This document shows, in pieces, positions 1 to 12,260 of a stretch of 64,000 nucleotides of DNA. Under the pieces are notes generated by a model. It saw only the letters and a list, made by a program, of their open reading frames with translations. It made no database searches and was not told where the DNA came from. This stretch comes from Terriglobia bacterium (GTDB lineage: Bacteria; Acidobacteriota; Terriglobia; JAJPHL01; JAPKYU01). The stretch spans positions 672,001 to 736,000 of the forward strand of contig CBDBKE010000002.1 in NCBI GenBank assembly GCA_965206645.1. Direction: 5' to 3'. Position numbers and translations under genes: made by a program. Position 1 is the first letter of the stretch, and every line of letters starts with the position of its first letter.

Positions 1-535
1 CCTGGTTGTGCCCTTCTAAGAACGCTTCGGTCGTCTCAGCCGGAAACGCCATCACGAAGCAGTCGTCCGATTGCGGCAGCTCCATCACGAAATAGTGCGC
101 CTTGCGCTCCACCCCGCCGATCACCACTTGCGCTTCGCCAAAGTCGGCCTGGGCCTCCCCCGGTGGATGCTCTAGCGGCACGAACATCTCCCGCTGGCTC
201 AGCTTCCGCAGCCGCACGTAGTCCTTCACGATGGTGTAGCCGCCCGGGAATCCGTGCTCCTCCCGCAGCCGCTCAAAAACCCGCTTGGCCGTGTGGCGTT
301 GCTTCTTGCTCTGGGCCTTATCTTGCTCCAGGATCTGGTCGATGATCCCCACCCAGGCATCCAGCTTCGGCCGCCGCGCCGGCTGCTGCCGCCGATAGCC
401 CGGAGGGATCGAGTACCGCAGCATCTTGCGGACCGTCTCGCGGGCTAGCCCGAACTGCCGCGCCGCCTCCCGTTCACTGATCCCCTCAGCCTGAACTGCT
501 CGTCGAACACGCGCATAGAGTTCCACTGTGTGCAC
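1..535 (-). CDS. istA: IS21 transposase IstA, N-terminal part
   Basis: Manual translation from GTG at 535: MHTVELYARVRRAV...KQRHTAKRVFERLREEHGFPGGYTIVKDYV...EMFVPLEHPPGEAQADFGEA, the hallmark IstA motifs. Confidence 0.9.
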   Translation of the reverse strand, partial: MHTVELYARVRRAVQAEGISEREAARQFGLARETVRKMLRYSIPPGYRRQQPARRPKLDAWVGIIDQILEQDKAQSKKQRHTAKRVFERLREEHGFPGGYTIVKDYVRLRKLSQREMFVPLEHPPGEAQADFGEAQVVIGGVERKAHYFVMELPQSDDCFVMAFPAETTEAFLEGHNQ

Positions 536-668
536 ACCTCCGGTGTTTCACGAAACACATCAGAATCACAATGTTTGATGGAATCGAACTGCGCTGGTCT
601 AATTTTGCACCGCCAGAAACCGCCGCTTACGCGGCGCTCCCTGGTCTATTATTGCTCCGGCGTTCATA
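1..668 (-). mobile_element. IS21-family insertion sequence, left end and 5' part (truncated by window edge)
   Basis: IstA N-terminus on the minus strand. The end reads TATGAACGCCGGAGCAATAATAGACCAG, with a second subterminal repeat GGTGCAAAATTAGACCAG, as is typical of IS21 ends. Confidence 0.85.
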
Positions 669-741
669 CCAGATCCTACGCCAGCGGCCCTGGTCGGCTC
701 AAGCGCAGATCACCATGGCCTCTTCACCTGGTATCGCGGAC

Positions 742-798
742 TGACAGTTGCACTGTAGGGAAGCGTAGAGAAGAAGTCGGGAGTCACATTCAGCCCCC
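742..798. repeat. Copy 1 of an imperfect ~55-bp direct repeat
   Basis: TGACA..CACTGTAGGgAAgcGtAGAGAaGAAGTCGGGAGTCACaTTcAG matches 1631-1688. Confidence 0.8.
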
Positions 799-858
799 CA
801 GGATCACCTCCCAGGCTCCTGCCAGAGGCTGCTCGTTTCTCCGGTATATAATCTCGCC

Positions 859-1050
859 ATGCCCAAATACATCCATCTTCAGGTGCGTGGCGTTGAAAAG
901 CCTGTCCGGGTAGAAGCCGATTTCGTCGAGAAGAGCGGGAGGATCGGGACGAGTGACTTCGCCCTGTTGCTCAAGCTGAAGGACAAGCAGGTCGGCAAAT
1001 TCCGGGGGGGCTCCGTAGAAGGCTGGTGGATAGCGGAAGAGAGCAATTGA
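859..1050 (+). CDS. Small hypothetical protein, probably leaderless
   Basis: 63-aa ORF with protein-like composition. TATAAT at 847-852 lies 6 nt before the ATG. Confidence 0.55.
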   Translation: MPKYIHLQVRGVEKPVRVEADFVEKSGRIGTSDFALLLKLKDKQVGKFRGGSVEGWWIAEESN

Positions 1051-1165
1051 GGATCATGACAGGCCGCCGTCTCTCTCTTGATGTTGAAGCGTACCGGGCG
1101 GGAGTCCCCGGGGATGGTCCCCCAGGATCACCCTTCCCCCTGTTGTTTGATCGTATTGGACCTAT

Positions 1166-1522
1166 TCACTTGGCCTTCAACTCCACTAGAATGACTTCAA
1201 CCGGTTCGTCGCCGACATTCTCGGTTAGGAGTTTTTTCGCAGCAACCCACTGGGTCCCTCTAGCTCTCGCGGTCCGTTCCTCTGTCTTCCCGTCAGGGAA
1301 ATGAAACTTCACTCGGTGGTCGGTCAGGGCCACTACTACACCAGCCCGGTGCTCGTGCATCCGAGATTTTCCACCTGGAGCGAAGGTGATTCGCAGCACC
1401 CGCACTTGGTCATTCTCGAACTCCACTTTGTAATGCTTGGAGTCTACCTTCACGGGGTCCTGGGCCATTGCCACCGAAGCAGCCAAGAACATTAGGGCCG
1501 CAACAAGTGATACCTTTCGCAT
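1166..1522 (-). CDS. Exported cupin-domain protein
   Basis: Signal peptide MRKVSLVAALMFLAASVAMA, then QDPVKVDSKHYKVEFENDQVRVLRI...MHEH cupin motif. RBS AAGGAG upstream. Confidence 0.85.
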   Translation of the reverse strand: MRKVSLVAALMFLAASVAMAQDPVKVDSKHYKVEFENDQVRVLRITFAPGGKSRMHEHRAGVVVALTDHRVKFHFPDGKTEERTARARGTQWVAAKKLLTENVGDEPVEVILVELKAK

Positions 1523-1630
1523 GTTCGTCTCCTTGCATCCGGAATGTTCGATTTGAGCTTCCCCTCGCCCAAGGAGCATACGCCACCAACCCTGTCAACT
1601 CAATCTCAGCCTTTCCGTAGCTTTCCTGGA

Positions 1631-1688
1631 TGACAATCGGCACTGTAGGCAACGGGAGAGAGGAAGTCGGGAGTCACTTTTAGTCTCC
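1631..1688. repeat. Copy 2 of the imperfect ~55-bp direct repeat
   Basis: Matches 742-798. Confidence 0.8.
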
Positions 1689-1785
1689 TTTTCCAATCTG
1701 AATTGCGCTGATAGGTTCATTAAGTTCCTCCGTCAGAAAGGAGCTAGATTAGAATCCAGTGCGCGTTAACTTGATTTCATGAGCG

Positions 1786-1869
1786 GCCCAACGTCTTGCA
1801 TCAGCCGCCGCTGGAACGGAGCGACGAAGGAGCGCAGTGTAGCAGTCGGCCTCGATGCAATTGTTATAT
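1786..1869 (-). other. Integron attC site (59-base element)
   Basis: Minus strand: R'' ATATAAC, L'' TGCATCGAG (extra G), variable hairpin, L' CTGATGCA, R' GTTGGGC. It starts 4 nt after the methyltransferase stop. Confidence 0.85.
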
Positions 1870-1873
1870 GTTT

Positions 1874-2704
1874 TCAGTATTTGTGAGCAATAAGTTCAAC
1901 AGGCGCAATGTGACCTGCCGTGATATTCTCAAGCAGGTTTCTACTTTCAACGGCACTACTCTTCCCCATCAACATGTGTGTCCCGAGAAGGGGTGGGCCT
2001 CCATTGGCCGTTGTTGTTGCGTATTGCTTATAAATTCCGAGCGCGAAATCACGACGATTGTTTTCTGTGGAAACTGCAAACCCAGCATCACTCAAAGCCT
2101 GTTTGTATTGATCAAGTGTAGCTACGTTACTTAGACTCGGTACCGTTGCCCAAGGAAGCGGATAGGTCAAGTCACCGTTGCCAATCCGCATTATATCGTA
2201 GACACCAAAAGAGGCACCTAGGCGTAACACTCGATACACTTCGGTAAAAAGCTGGAGTTTGTTCTCAATATTCATGCCGGTATGTATTATGAAACCGCCA
2301 TCGAACATTTCATCTTGAAAAGGCATAGCAAGTGCGCTCCCTTGATGAAGCGTTACCTGCTTATCCAGCCCGACCCACGTAGATAAAGCCTTTCCTGTTT
2401 CGATGTATTCTTTTGTTAAATCAATTCCGGAAACGTGATTATGGTACTTGTCAGCAACAAACCGTGAAGCGCCTCCTAGACCGCACCCTACATCGAGAAT
2501 ATGATCTTGTTCAGAAACGTTGAGTTGACTCAGAAAATGTTCAGTTGCTTGTCGTTCCCCAATAAGGAACTCATCAACAGGAGCCAGATCCTCAATTGTT
2601 ACGCTATCAACCGTTTTGCCAAGCTTAGCAAGGGCAGCGTGAATCGAGTTTAGTAAATCTGCGTGGGTATAATGTTCTGACACAGCTTTATCATTTGACA
2701 TCAT
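1874..2704 (-). CDS. Class I SAM-dependent methyltransferase (cassette gene)
   Basis: ILDVGCGLGG motif I, HQGSALAMPF, EVYRVLR. Visibly AT-richer than the host genes. RBS AAGGAG. Confidence 0.9.
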   Translation of the reverse strand: MMSNDKAVSEHYTHADLLNSIHAALAKLGKTVDSVTIEDLAPVDEFLIGERQATEHFLSQLNVSEQDHILDVGCGLGGASRFVADKYHNHVSGIDLTKEYIETGKALSTWVGLDKQVTLHQGSALAMPFQDEMFDGGFIIHTGMNIENKLQLFTEVYRVLRLGASFGVYDIMRIGNGDLTYPLPWATVPSLSNVATLDQYKQALSDAGFAVSTENNRRDFALGIYKQYATTTANGGPPLLGTHMLMGKSSAVESRNLLENITAGHIAPVELIAHKY

Positions 2705-2906
2705 CGGTCTCCTTTGTTGTCTTGTTCGAAAATATAACTAGTCCGGAATTAGTTTGTTGGCTCTCCAGAACTCGTGAGTATACACCCATTGGCCTCCAAC
2801 TGAGCCCTTCCGGCACAGTTCTTCTCTCTGGGGGCTCCGAGCAGTCCTCGCAGGGTCCTGAAAGCCCATAGCCTCTCCTGGGTAGCATGCCGTGGGCCTC
2901 CGTACT

Positions 2907-3470
2907 TCACTCCTTTATTTGTGTTTCCTTTCCCATAATCACCAGGTGCTCATCGCGACTGACCATCCCAACCAGAACAAAGCCGTCGGCCTCGGCTTGG
3001 GCAACTTCCTGTTGTAACGTCGAGGTCAGATTTGTGGCAAGGAGCTTGTACCTGTACAGCTTGTCAACCTTCGGTGGGCGTTCGAGGATGACCACGATTT
3101 CCGTTTCTCCCAAAACCGGTTTTTTCGCGATCATTGTCCGTGGCAGCAAGCGAAACCCATCTACTGCAGCTTCACTCAGCTCCTTCTGCATTGTGCCGGT
3201 CCGGCTTGTCGCCAGGAGTCGATAGGTATAAGCATTCGTCGTATTTGCAGCGCGTTCGAGAAACAATGCTATCTCTGTACCACTGGTCGGCGAACCCACC
3301 AGGATCCTGAAGCCCTGCACGGCCGCTTCGTCGAGCTCTTTCTGCATCGTGGAAGTCTTCTTAGTGGCCAACAACAGGTAGCGCTACTCGGGATCGATCT
3401 TGAGCTTCTGGGTCCAGGCGGAAGGAACCAGTACCAAGAGGAGAACACTGAGGATTGTCATCTTTTTCAT
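2907..3470 (-). pseudogene. Exported protein with three internal repeats (DUF4177-like), in-frame TAG at 3384-3386
   Basis: Signal peptide MKKMTILSVLLLVLVPSAWTQ...DPE*RYLLLAT. Three YxLLATxxTxT(M/L)QxE repeats continue in frame after the stop. Confidence 0.75.
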
Positions 3471-3630
3471 GCTCTGCTTCCTCCCTTCGAGCAATACCAG
3501 ATGTAAGCCCTCTGGCCGGAAGTCCAGAACACATACCAATAGGCTACACCCATCCAGAAGGTGCGTGCGTCCAATTTGATCTTCTCGAAAACTTTTGCTC
3601 CGCACATGGTTGAAAATAAACGGACAAATC

Positions 3631-3720
3631 TGGCGGAGAGGGAGGGATTCGAACCCTCGTTACCCTTTCGAGTAAACACGCTTTCCAAGCGTGCTCCTTC
3701 AGCCACTCGGACACCTCTCC
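3631..3720 (-). tRNA. tRNA-Ser(GGA)
   Basis: GGAGAGG acceptor stem, anticodon arm CACGC-TTGGAAA-GCGTG, long variable arm, GGTTCGAATCC, CCA end. Confidence 0.97.
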
Positions 3721-4002
3721 GCAACAACGCTTTCAATAGGTTAGCAGATCGAGAGCAGGCTCGCACGGGGGTCTTTGTGAGGGAACCCCTAGCAGCGGGG
3801 CAGGCTGGAGGTGGGAAACAGACCGGGCTGGTCAGCAGAACGGCCAAAGGGAGCAGCGAAGCCACCCCAAAGAGTCCATGGCTTATCTGAACTTGACACG
3901 AGAGGGCAGCTGGCGTATGAGTTTGCGCGAAGGCGAAATTGAACTTATAATTTGCGACTACGGTTAAGGCACCCGGGACCAGCAAAGATCAGGAGGTTAA
4001 GA

Positions 4003-5031
4003 ATGGAAGGCGATCGAAACCGACGAGAGTTTCTGCAAACCGCTTTAGCTTCGGCGTCCGTCTTGTCGCTGTCGGATACGATTTTGGCGGAGACTCGAAC
4101 TGCGAGTGCGCAGGGCATCCCCACCCGGCCTCTGGGCGACACGGGCGAGCGGGTTTCTATCCTCTGTTTGGGAGGCTGGCACATCGGAAGAATCGAGGAC
4201 GACGGCGAAGCCATTCGTGTCATGCACACCGCCCTCGACGAGGGAGTCACGTTTTTCGACAATGCCTGGGATTATCACGACGGGCGCAGCGAAGAGATCA
4301 TGGGAAAAGCTCTGGCGCAAGGAGCCCGACGGAAGAATGCTTTCCTCATGACGAAAAACTGCGAGCGCGATTATGCAGGTTCGAAGAAGAATTTAGAGGA
4401 TAGCCTGCGTCGCTTTCGGACTGACTACCTGGACCTTTGGCAATTTCATGAAACTAACTACGACAATGACCCCGACTGGGTTTTTGATAGGGGAGGCTTG
4501 AAAGCTGCTCTGGAAGCCCAAAAGGCAGGAAAAGTGCGCTTCATCGGATTTACGGGTCACAAAGATCCCATCATCCATCTGAAGATGTTGAACAAACCCT
4601 ACCATTGGGCCACCTCCCAGATGCCCATCAACGTCATGGACGCTCACTACAGAAGCTTTGCAAAGGAAGTGGTCCCGGTGTGGCTGAAGAAGAAAATCGG
4701 TGTGGTGGGCATGAAGAACCTCGGCGGCGGCTTCCCGAAGGGACGCATCCCGGACAAGGCGGGAGTCTCGGCCACCGATTGTATTCGATATGCTCTCAGC
4801 CAGCCGATTTCCACTCTCGTGGTCGGCCTGAGTTCCATGGCTGATCTGCAGCAGGCGCTAAGCGTTGCACGTGACTTCAAGCCAATGGGCGGGCAGGAGA
4901 AAGAAACCCTCCTCAACCGGGTTCGGCCAGAAGCAACCGACGGCCGGCACGAATTGTTCAAATCCAGCAAGGCCTTCGATAGCCCTCACCATCGTCGCCA
5001 ACACGGGTTCGCTCTGGACATACCCGCTTGA
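4003..5031 (+). CDS. Aldo/keto reductase with Tat-like leader
   Basis: NRREFL twin-arginine motif, LGGWHIG, FFDNAWDYHDGRSE, DYLDLWQFH. RBS AGGAGG. Confidence 0.92.
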   Translation: MEGDRNRREFLQTALASASVLSLSDTILAETRTASAQGIPTRPLGDTGERVSILCLGGWHIGRIEDDGEAIRVMHTALDEGVTFFDNAWDYHDGRSEEIMGKALAQGARRKNAFLMTKNCERDYAGSKKNLEDSLRRFRTDYLDLWQFHETNYDNDPDWVFDRGGLKAALEAQKAGKVRFIGFTGHKDPIIHLKMLNKPYHWATSQMPINVMDAHYRSFAKEVVPVWLKKKIGVVGMKNLGGGFPKGRIPDKAGVSATDCIRYALSQPISTLVVGLSSMADLQQALSVARDFKPMGGQEKETLLNRVRPEATDGRHELFKSSKAFDSPHHRRQHGFALDIPA

Positions 5032-5143
5032 CCGGCCTATTCCCTTCGGGCGCAACTCTCGTTCGCCAAGAGTGCGCCGGCTTGATGGGCCATTGACTAT
5101 TTGATCGTTGCAATTAAGCGAATCGAACGAGGAGGATACTTCA

Positions 5144-6109
5144 TTGAAAGTTGGGTCGGGGAAGTTTGTTTTTGAAGAAGCAGAGAGCTGGGCTCAGCTA
5201 CCTAAAGGATGGAATCTTGGGGAGGTTCCGGGGGTTGCCGTCGATTCTCAAGACCGTCTCTTCGCCTTCTGCCGTTCCGAGCATCCCGTCGTCATTTTCG
5301 ACCGTAACGGACGTTTCCTAGAATCTTGGGGAGATGGGATGTTCGTGTGCCCGCACATGATCTTTATCGGGCCCGATGACTCCGTTTACTGTGTCGATGC
5401 CCAAGGCCACCGGGTGAAGAAGTTCACCCCCGATGGCAAACTCCTGATGACCCTCGCCCCCAAGAATGGCGTGGCAGATACGGGTTTCGTGCCAGACGAT
5501 TGGAAGACAATTGTCCGCTCCGGGCCCCCTTTCAATACTCCGACCGACGTTGCCCTGTCTCCCGAAGGAGAGTTGTATGTGTCTGACGGCTATGGGAACG
5601 CCCGCGTTCACAAATTCACCGCAGATGGTCAACTGCTCTTCTCCTGGGGTGAGCCGGGCAGTGGGCTAGGTCACTTCGCTACGCCTCATGGCATCTTCGT
5701 GGACAAGGAAGGACGAGTCTATGTTGCGGACCGTCAGAACATGCGCGTTCAGATTTTCTCACCTCAAGGCGAGATTATCACTCAGTGGAGCGAGGTTCGG
5801 TGGCCGGACAGTCTGTGCCAGGATGCAGAAAAAAACTTTTACGTTGCCGAGCTTGGAGGGATTTTCATGTTCGGTAAGAAAGCCGATCTGGATCAACCCC
5901 CGGCACGCATGACTGTTCGTGACCCGAACGGGAATATCCAAGCGGATTGGAATGACGAGGATCCCTACGGCAAAGGACGATTCTTCGCCCCGCACTCGGT
6001 CGCACTCGACTCTCACGGCGACCTCTATGTGGGCGAAGTCACTTTTTCCTACTCCAACCGGCAGTCTCCTGCCGATGTCAAGGTCCTGCGCAAATATAGG
6101 AGGAGGTGA
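5144..6109 (+). CDS. NHL-repeat beta-propeller (peptidyl-alpha-hydroxyglycine lyase-like)
   Basis: Repeats FNTPTDVA, YVSDGYGNARVHKF, FATPHGI, YVADRQN. TTG start after GGAGG. Confidence 0.9.
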   Translation: MKVGSGKFVFEEAESWAQLPKGWNLGEVPGVAVDSQDRLFAFCRSEHPVVIFDRNGRFLESWGDGMFVCPHMIFIGPDDSVYCVDAQGHRVKKFTPDGKLLMTLAPKNGVADTGFVPDDWKTIVRSGPPFNTPTDVALSPEGELYVSDGYGNARVHKFTADGQLLFSWGEPGSGLGHFATPHGIFVDKEGRVYVADRQNMRVQIFSPQGEIITQWSEVRWPDSLCQDAEKNFYVAELGGIFMFGKKADLDQPPARMTVRDPNGNIQADWNDEDPYGKGRFFAPHSVALDSHGDLYVGEVTFSYSNRQSPADVKVLRKYRRR

Positions 6110-6188
6110 ACCGATCGCATCTTTCTAACCCTACCGTCGACGGGCCATCCCTGCCGGCAACGGGAGTCAGCTGGCTCGGGAACCACCT

Positions 6189-6937
6189 ATGACCGTGAAA
6201 GATTCCGTTTGGAAAAATCGTGAAGTCGCGGCAGCATTCCTGGATGAGCACTCCTTACACGTCCCCAACCGGCAGAGACAACTTGAAGTAGCGCTGCGGG
6301 TACTGGGCTTTGCTCAAACAAGGTTACTTCGGATATTGGATCTCGGCGCCGGGGACGCGATCATCCTAGTAACCGTTTTGGAGGCGTTCCCTCAGGCGAG
6401 TGGCGTGGCATTGGATTTCTCATCCCTCATGTTGGAACAAGCCCGCAACCGTCTAGCAAAGTTTGGTGACCGCGCTACGATAGCCTGCTGTCGGAGACTG
6501 AAGCTGATTTAGGATCACATTCCTGGTGCAGTGCGGTAAAGGGACAATTTGACGCTATACTTTCTGGCCTAGCGATTCATCATCTGTCGGACGAACGAAA
6601 GCGGAAACTCTATGAGGAAATCTACGGCCTGCTGTCGGAGGGCGGCGTATTTCTTAACCTGGAACACGTCTCCAGCCCGACGCCGCTCGTGGAAGAGATG
6701 TTTAACGAGGCGATGGCGGAACACCTGTATATGCGCCGGAGCGAGCGAGGCGAGGATGTCACGCCTGAGCAGGTAAGACGTGACTTTCTGGAACGTCCCG
6801 ATCGTGCAGCCAATATTCTCGCCCCGGTTGAAGCACAGTGCAAGTGGCTGCGAGAGATCGGTTTCGTGGATGTTGACTGTTTTTGGAAGTACTTCGAGCT
6901 TGCGATTTTCGGTGGCTTTCGCCGATCCTCCCGATGA
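6189..6937 (+). pseudogene. Class I SAM methyltransferase disrupted by a 14-bp insertion
   Basis: ILDLGAGD in the first frame, and FDAILSGLAIHHL...DVDCFWKYFELAIFGG in a second frame. Removing 6483-6496 restores one ORF. Confidence 0.85.
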
Positions 6938-7820
6938 AATGGTTTTTCCTCCTGTTGCTGGCTCTTCCGTTATGGGCCCAGTACGACCTGACCGGCACGA
7001 TTGATTTCCACGCGCACTCGGATCCAGATTCGGTGCCGCGCTCGCTGGACGCGGTGGAACTGTCCGAGATTGCGCGCCAACGCGGCTTCCGAGGTTTGGT
7101 GCTGAAGAACCACTGGCAGCCCACCGCGTCCTTGGCTTACCTAGTGCGGCGCCAAGTGCCGGGCATCGAGGCCTTCGGCGGGATTGCGCTTAATCGCGCA
7201 GTGGGCGGCATAAACGCGGAAGCCGTCGAGCGCATGACGCGCACCCGCGGCGGCTACGGCCGCGTGGTCTGGCTTCCTACCTTCGACGCCGACCGCATTC
7301 CGCTACTGCGTGATGGCGAGCTGCTGCCGGAAGTGAAACAGCTATTGGCTATAGTGGCGCGCGAAGGACTGGTCCTTCACACCGGGCACTACCCGCCGGC
7401 AGTCGCGCTGTCCGTCATTCGGGCCGCGCGCACCGCCAACGTGCGTTCCATCGTGGTGAGTCACGCCATGATGCCCCTATCAGCATGACGATCGAGCAGC
7501 AGCAACAAGCCGTGTCGCTGGGTGCCTTCATCGAGCACGCCTATAGCGGCACCCTGCCTTCGCCCCTGCTGCCGGAACGGCGTACCGTCTCACTCGACGA
7601 CTATGCGCGCGCGATCCGCGCGGTGGGGCCACGGCACTGCGTGCTGACCAGCGACCTCGGCCAGGCGGGTAACCCGATCCACACCGACGGCCTGCGCATC
7701 TTCGCCGATGCTTTACTGAAAAGGGGCTTCACCTCCGCTGAACTCGATCGGATGCTGAAGATCAACCCGGCACGGCTGCTCGGGCTGGCCGAATCAATAG
7801 GCAATGGCGGTAGGCAGTAG
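6934..7820 (+). pseudogene. Exported amidohydrolase-fold protein (DUF6282-like), frameshifted
   Basis: Signal peptide, DFHAHSDPD, LKNH, TGH, TSDLGQ motifs. Adding one C to the run at 7474-7477 joins the two ORFs. Confidence 0.8.
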
Positions 7821-7904
7821 GCATCAGGGCGTTAGGTGGGTTTAGGGCAGAACTTATTACGCGATCAGCCCAAGCCCCAGGAGAGCGGTTGCCGGGGTTG
7901 GGTG

Positions 7905-7960
7905 AAAAACACCACAGCCCTGAGCTTCTAGTTCTGGAAGCTCAGGGCTGTGGGTATTTT
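7905..7960. terminator. Strong, probably bidirectional intrinsic terminator after 5S
   Basis: Stem CACAGCCCTGAGCTTC/GAAGCTCAGGGCTGTG, flanked by AAAAA and TATTTT. Confidence 0.9.
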
Positions 7961-7991
7961 GTGCGCCGCTTTGCGGCGGCGCTCATCTTAC

Positions 7992-8108
<117 letters not shown>

Positions 8109-8129
8109 AAACTTGCTCTGCCCGTAGCT

Positions 8130-8190
8130 CGTAGCGCGTGTGGCTCGTGCAACTACAAGCCACCGACCACAAGCCACAAGCCACAAGCCT
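8130..8190. repeat. Heptamer tandem repeats (CCACAAG-like) in the 23S-5S spacer
   Basis: ctacaag ccaccga ccacaag ccacaag ccacaag, preceded by partly complementary cgtagct/tgtggct units. Confidence 0.7.
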
Positions 8191-8267
8191 TTACAACTGA
8201 AACGCAGGGCGAACAGGAGCCGGCAGTCGCACGGACTACCCGGGCTGCTGCTCCGAGTAAATCTTAT

Positions 8268-11272
<3,005 letters not shown>

Positions 11273-11362
11273 TAAAATTTACCCGCGAGCAGTACCCCCC
11301 GTTGGAAGTACAAGCTCCGGGCGAGTCCAATGCGCTACTTCCGGCTTCCTTGTTCACCCTAC

Positions 11363-11381
11363 GTATTCAGTTGTCAAAGAT
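11363..11381 (-). promoter_or_regulatory. boxA-like antitermination element before 23S
   Basis: Minus strand ATCTTTGACAACTGAATA. Confidence 0.6.
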
Positions 11382-11479
11382 CGGCAGCCGATCTCGGCCG
11401 ACTGCCCCACGAGCCACCTTGCGGCGCTCGATGCCACCCACTCTCTCAGAGCGGCCAGCATCCAACTCTGCAATCTCTT

Positions 11480-11508
11480 ATTATACCCTGCGTCGCAAGT
11501 CAACGCAA
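11480..11508 (-). promoter_or_regulatory. Sigma70-type promoter for 23S-5S
   Basis: TTGCGT-17 nt-TATAAT on the minus strand, about 210 nt upstream of 23S. Confidence 0.7.
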
Positions 11509-11790
11509 CTAGGTTGTGAATCTGGTGGTGGGGGACCCTACGGCCAGTACTCTTCCCACTGGATTTCGCCTATTCTCTCACTCAAGTATGCTTCGGCCAA
11601 GGCCTTAGCTTCCGTTCGCGCTTGTTCGGCAGTCTCTTGCTGAATATGTGCCCCGCCCATCTCTTGGAGCTGCTGTCGTACACGCTGGATTCCCACCCGC
11701 CCGGCTTTAGTACGGCGAAGAGGCTGATATTTTACGGGTATACCGAAAGCCGTGGCCTTCCCTCTCCATCATTGGTCTCAGAAAACTCTT

Positions 11791-11867
<77 letters not shown>

Positions 11868-11902
11868 ACGTCCACTCCGGGCTTCGGCCCGGCGCTTTGC
11901 GC

Positions 11903-11978
11903 TGGTGGAGCTGACCGGGGTCGAACCGGCGACCTCCTGAGTGCAAGTCAGGCGCTCTCCCAACTGAGCTACAGCCCC
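11903..11978 (-). tRNA. tRNA-Ala(TGC)
   Basis: GGGGCTGTAGCTCAGTTGGGAGAGC, anticodon arm CCTGA-CTTGCAC-TCAGG, CCA end. Confidence 0.97.
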
Positions 11979-12069
11979 AAGCCCCGGCCTGGCGAACTGC
12001 CCGTCACTCTGGCCGGAGATGTCCTCCAGCCATTTCTGTTGGGCAGCCAGCTCTCTTCGGGACTCTTTC

Positions 12070-12098
12070 AGCGTAGCGGCTGGGCTGAATGTTGTCAA
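12070..12098 (-). promoter_or_regulatory. Sigma70-type promoter for tRNA-Ala/Ile
   Basis: TTGACA-17 nt-TACGCT on the minus strand, about 90 nt upstream of tRNA-Ala. Confidence 0.75.
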
Positions 12099-12260
12099 TG
12101 CTCGGCTCCTCAGCCGCGCGCAGTGTGACTCGCTCTTTCTCTATTATCCCGAGCGGAGCGAGGGACCCAGCGCTCATCGAAAGCTGCTGGAAGCGCGTCT
12201 GCACGAAGCGACGTCGTTTTTTCGGTACTGCATTCTTGCAAACCTCAGTAAGATGACCTT

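Noticed and set aside
7831-7837. GTTAGGT as another attC core site
   Set aside because: There is no matching RYYYAAC or L boxes upstream.
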